Shown in pieces: positions 7,498 through 8,321 of a stretch of 8,321 nucleotides of DNA. How positions within the stretch are numbered: position 1 is the stretch's first letter; each line of letters opens with the position of its first letter. A model generated the notes under the pieces. The model had not been told where the DNA came from, did no database searches, and was given only the letters and a program-made list of their open reading frames with translations. This stretch comes from Octopus sinensis. Its lineage: Eukaryota. Where the stretch lies: contig NW_021828467.1 in assembly GCF_006345805.1 (NCBI RefSeq), positions 1 through 8,321 of the forward strand. Direction: 5' to 3'. The translations under genes and the position numbers were made by a program.

Positions 7498-7681
7498 CGA
7501 GGAAGTGCTGAAAAGTTCCTTCCTTGGGCAAAAGAAAATTCAGGAGTATTAGTTAATTATGATTTTATTCCCCTCCCAAATTCACACACTTTTCCAAACC
7601 CTGTAAAAGAACTCAGAATGTTGGACTCCAGCTAGGCCTGTCGTGATAACCTTAATACCAAGAAGTTTTCAACACCCCACG
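7498..7681. mobile_element. Mariner-type MITE (184 bp) with CGAGG-type (irritans/Hsmar2-like) termini
   Basis: The left end CGAGGAAGTGCTGAAAAGTTCC is an imperfect match to the reverse complement of the right end, CGTGGGGTGTTGAAAACTTCT. TA lies at 7682-7683 and TG (possibly mutated TA) at 7496-7497. No coding remnant. The subfamily label is inferred from the terminus only. Confidence 0.7.
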
Positions 7682-7683
7682 TA

Positions 7684-7698
7684 TACACACGCACACAT

Positions 7699-7739
<41 letters not shown>

Positions 7740-7800
7740 TACGCATGCACAGGCGAGCACACACACACACACACACACACACGTACATGGGCGCTCGCAC
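7684..7800. repeat. (CA)n microsatellite, interrupted
   Basis: Seen directly. Confidence 0.93.
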
Positions 7801-7818
7801 ACTCATAAAAATCGTTAA

Positions 7819-8054
7819 TCTTTTGCTTGTTTAAGTCATTGGACTGCGGCCATGTAGGTGCATATAGCCTTGAAGTGTTTAGTTGGACAGATTGACACCA
7901 GTATTTTTCTTTCTTTCTGTTTTTTTTGTTAAGCCTGGTACTAATTCTATTGGTCACTCATTGCTGAACCTCTAGGTTATCAGCACGTAAACAAACCAAC
8001 ACCGGTTGTCAAGCGGCTGTCGAGTATAAACACACACACACACATACACATACG
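7819..8054 (-). mobile_element. SINE family A, 3' half only, reverse orientation
   Basis: The reverse complement reads CGCTTGACAACCGGTGTTGGTTTGTTTACG...CATGGCCGCAGTCCAATGACTTAAACAAGCAAAAGA, homologous to 7201-7371. Homology stops at the internal microsatellite (~8030-8054). Confidence 0.85.
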
Positions 8055-8082
8055 GATATGTATGTGCGTTTGTGTGTGGATA

Positions 8083-8321
8083 TGAGAGAGCAGCGCATGC
8101 CATCAAATTGAGGCAGGGGTAGAAATATACGAAGCCCAATATATATACCTAATATGACTATCTGATAAGGGTACGACAGGCACATGTATCGCAACCATAT
8201 GTGCGCAACGTGGTGATCTCATATGATAAACAGCACATGGCCTTGCAGGGCCCAGTAGGAATTTTCTTCAGGCCGAAAAGCCCATCCTGCTCAAAGGGTC
8301 TTTGAATAAGGATTGTTTAAA
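8083..8321 (-). mobile_element. Probable 3' end of another abundant octopus-type interspersed retroelement, running off the window
   Basis: Recognised only from memory of octopus repeats (GAGAGCAGCGCATGCCATCAAA...GATAAGGGTAC...GGTGATCTCAT...GAATAAGG). There is no second copy in the window and no coding motif. Confidence 0.4.

Overview
This is AT-rich eukaryotic DNA made mostly of microsatellites and decayed transposons. The repeat families match my recollection of coleoid cephalopod (Octopus-like) genomes; that assignment is pattern recognition, not a database hit. It contains no intact gene, no RNA gene and no CRISPR array, and nearly all ORFs in the supplied track are microsatellite artefacts. 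Supported elements: (i) three copies of a tRNA-derived SINE with an internal microsatellite (722-1150 +, 6979-7372 +, 7819-8054 -); (ii) a 564-bp internally deleted mariner with 30-bp TIRs and a TA duplication (1416-1979); (iii) a fold-back Tc1/mariner-superfamily element of probable DD41D (rosa/Visitor) type, built from two inverted 3' ends (2145-2956), whose damaged right end forms a perfect 104-bp palindrome (2912-3015); (iv) a cluster of three copies of a second tRNA-derived SINE (3385-3970), one apparently inserted into another with a 12-bp target duplication; (v) a mariner-type MITE (7498-7681). A 63-bp minus-strand candidate exon (6091-6153) suggests the window may be intronic. I found no convincing evidence of a new biological system. 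The most unusual structure is the fold-back element with its secondary palindrome.
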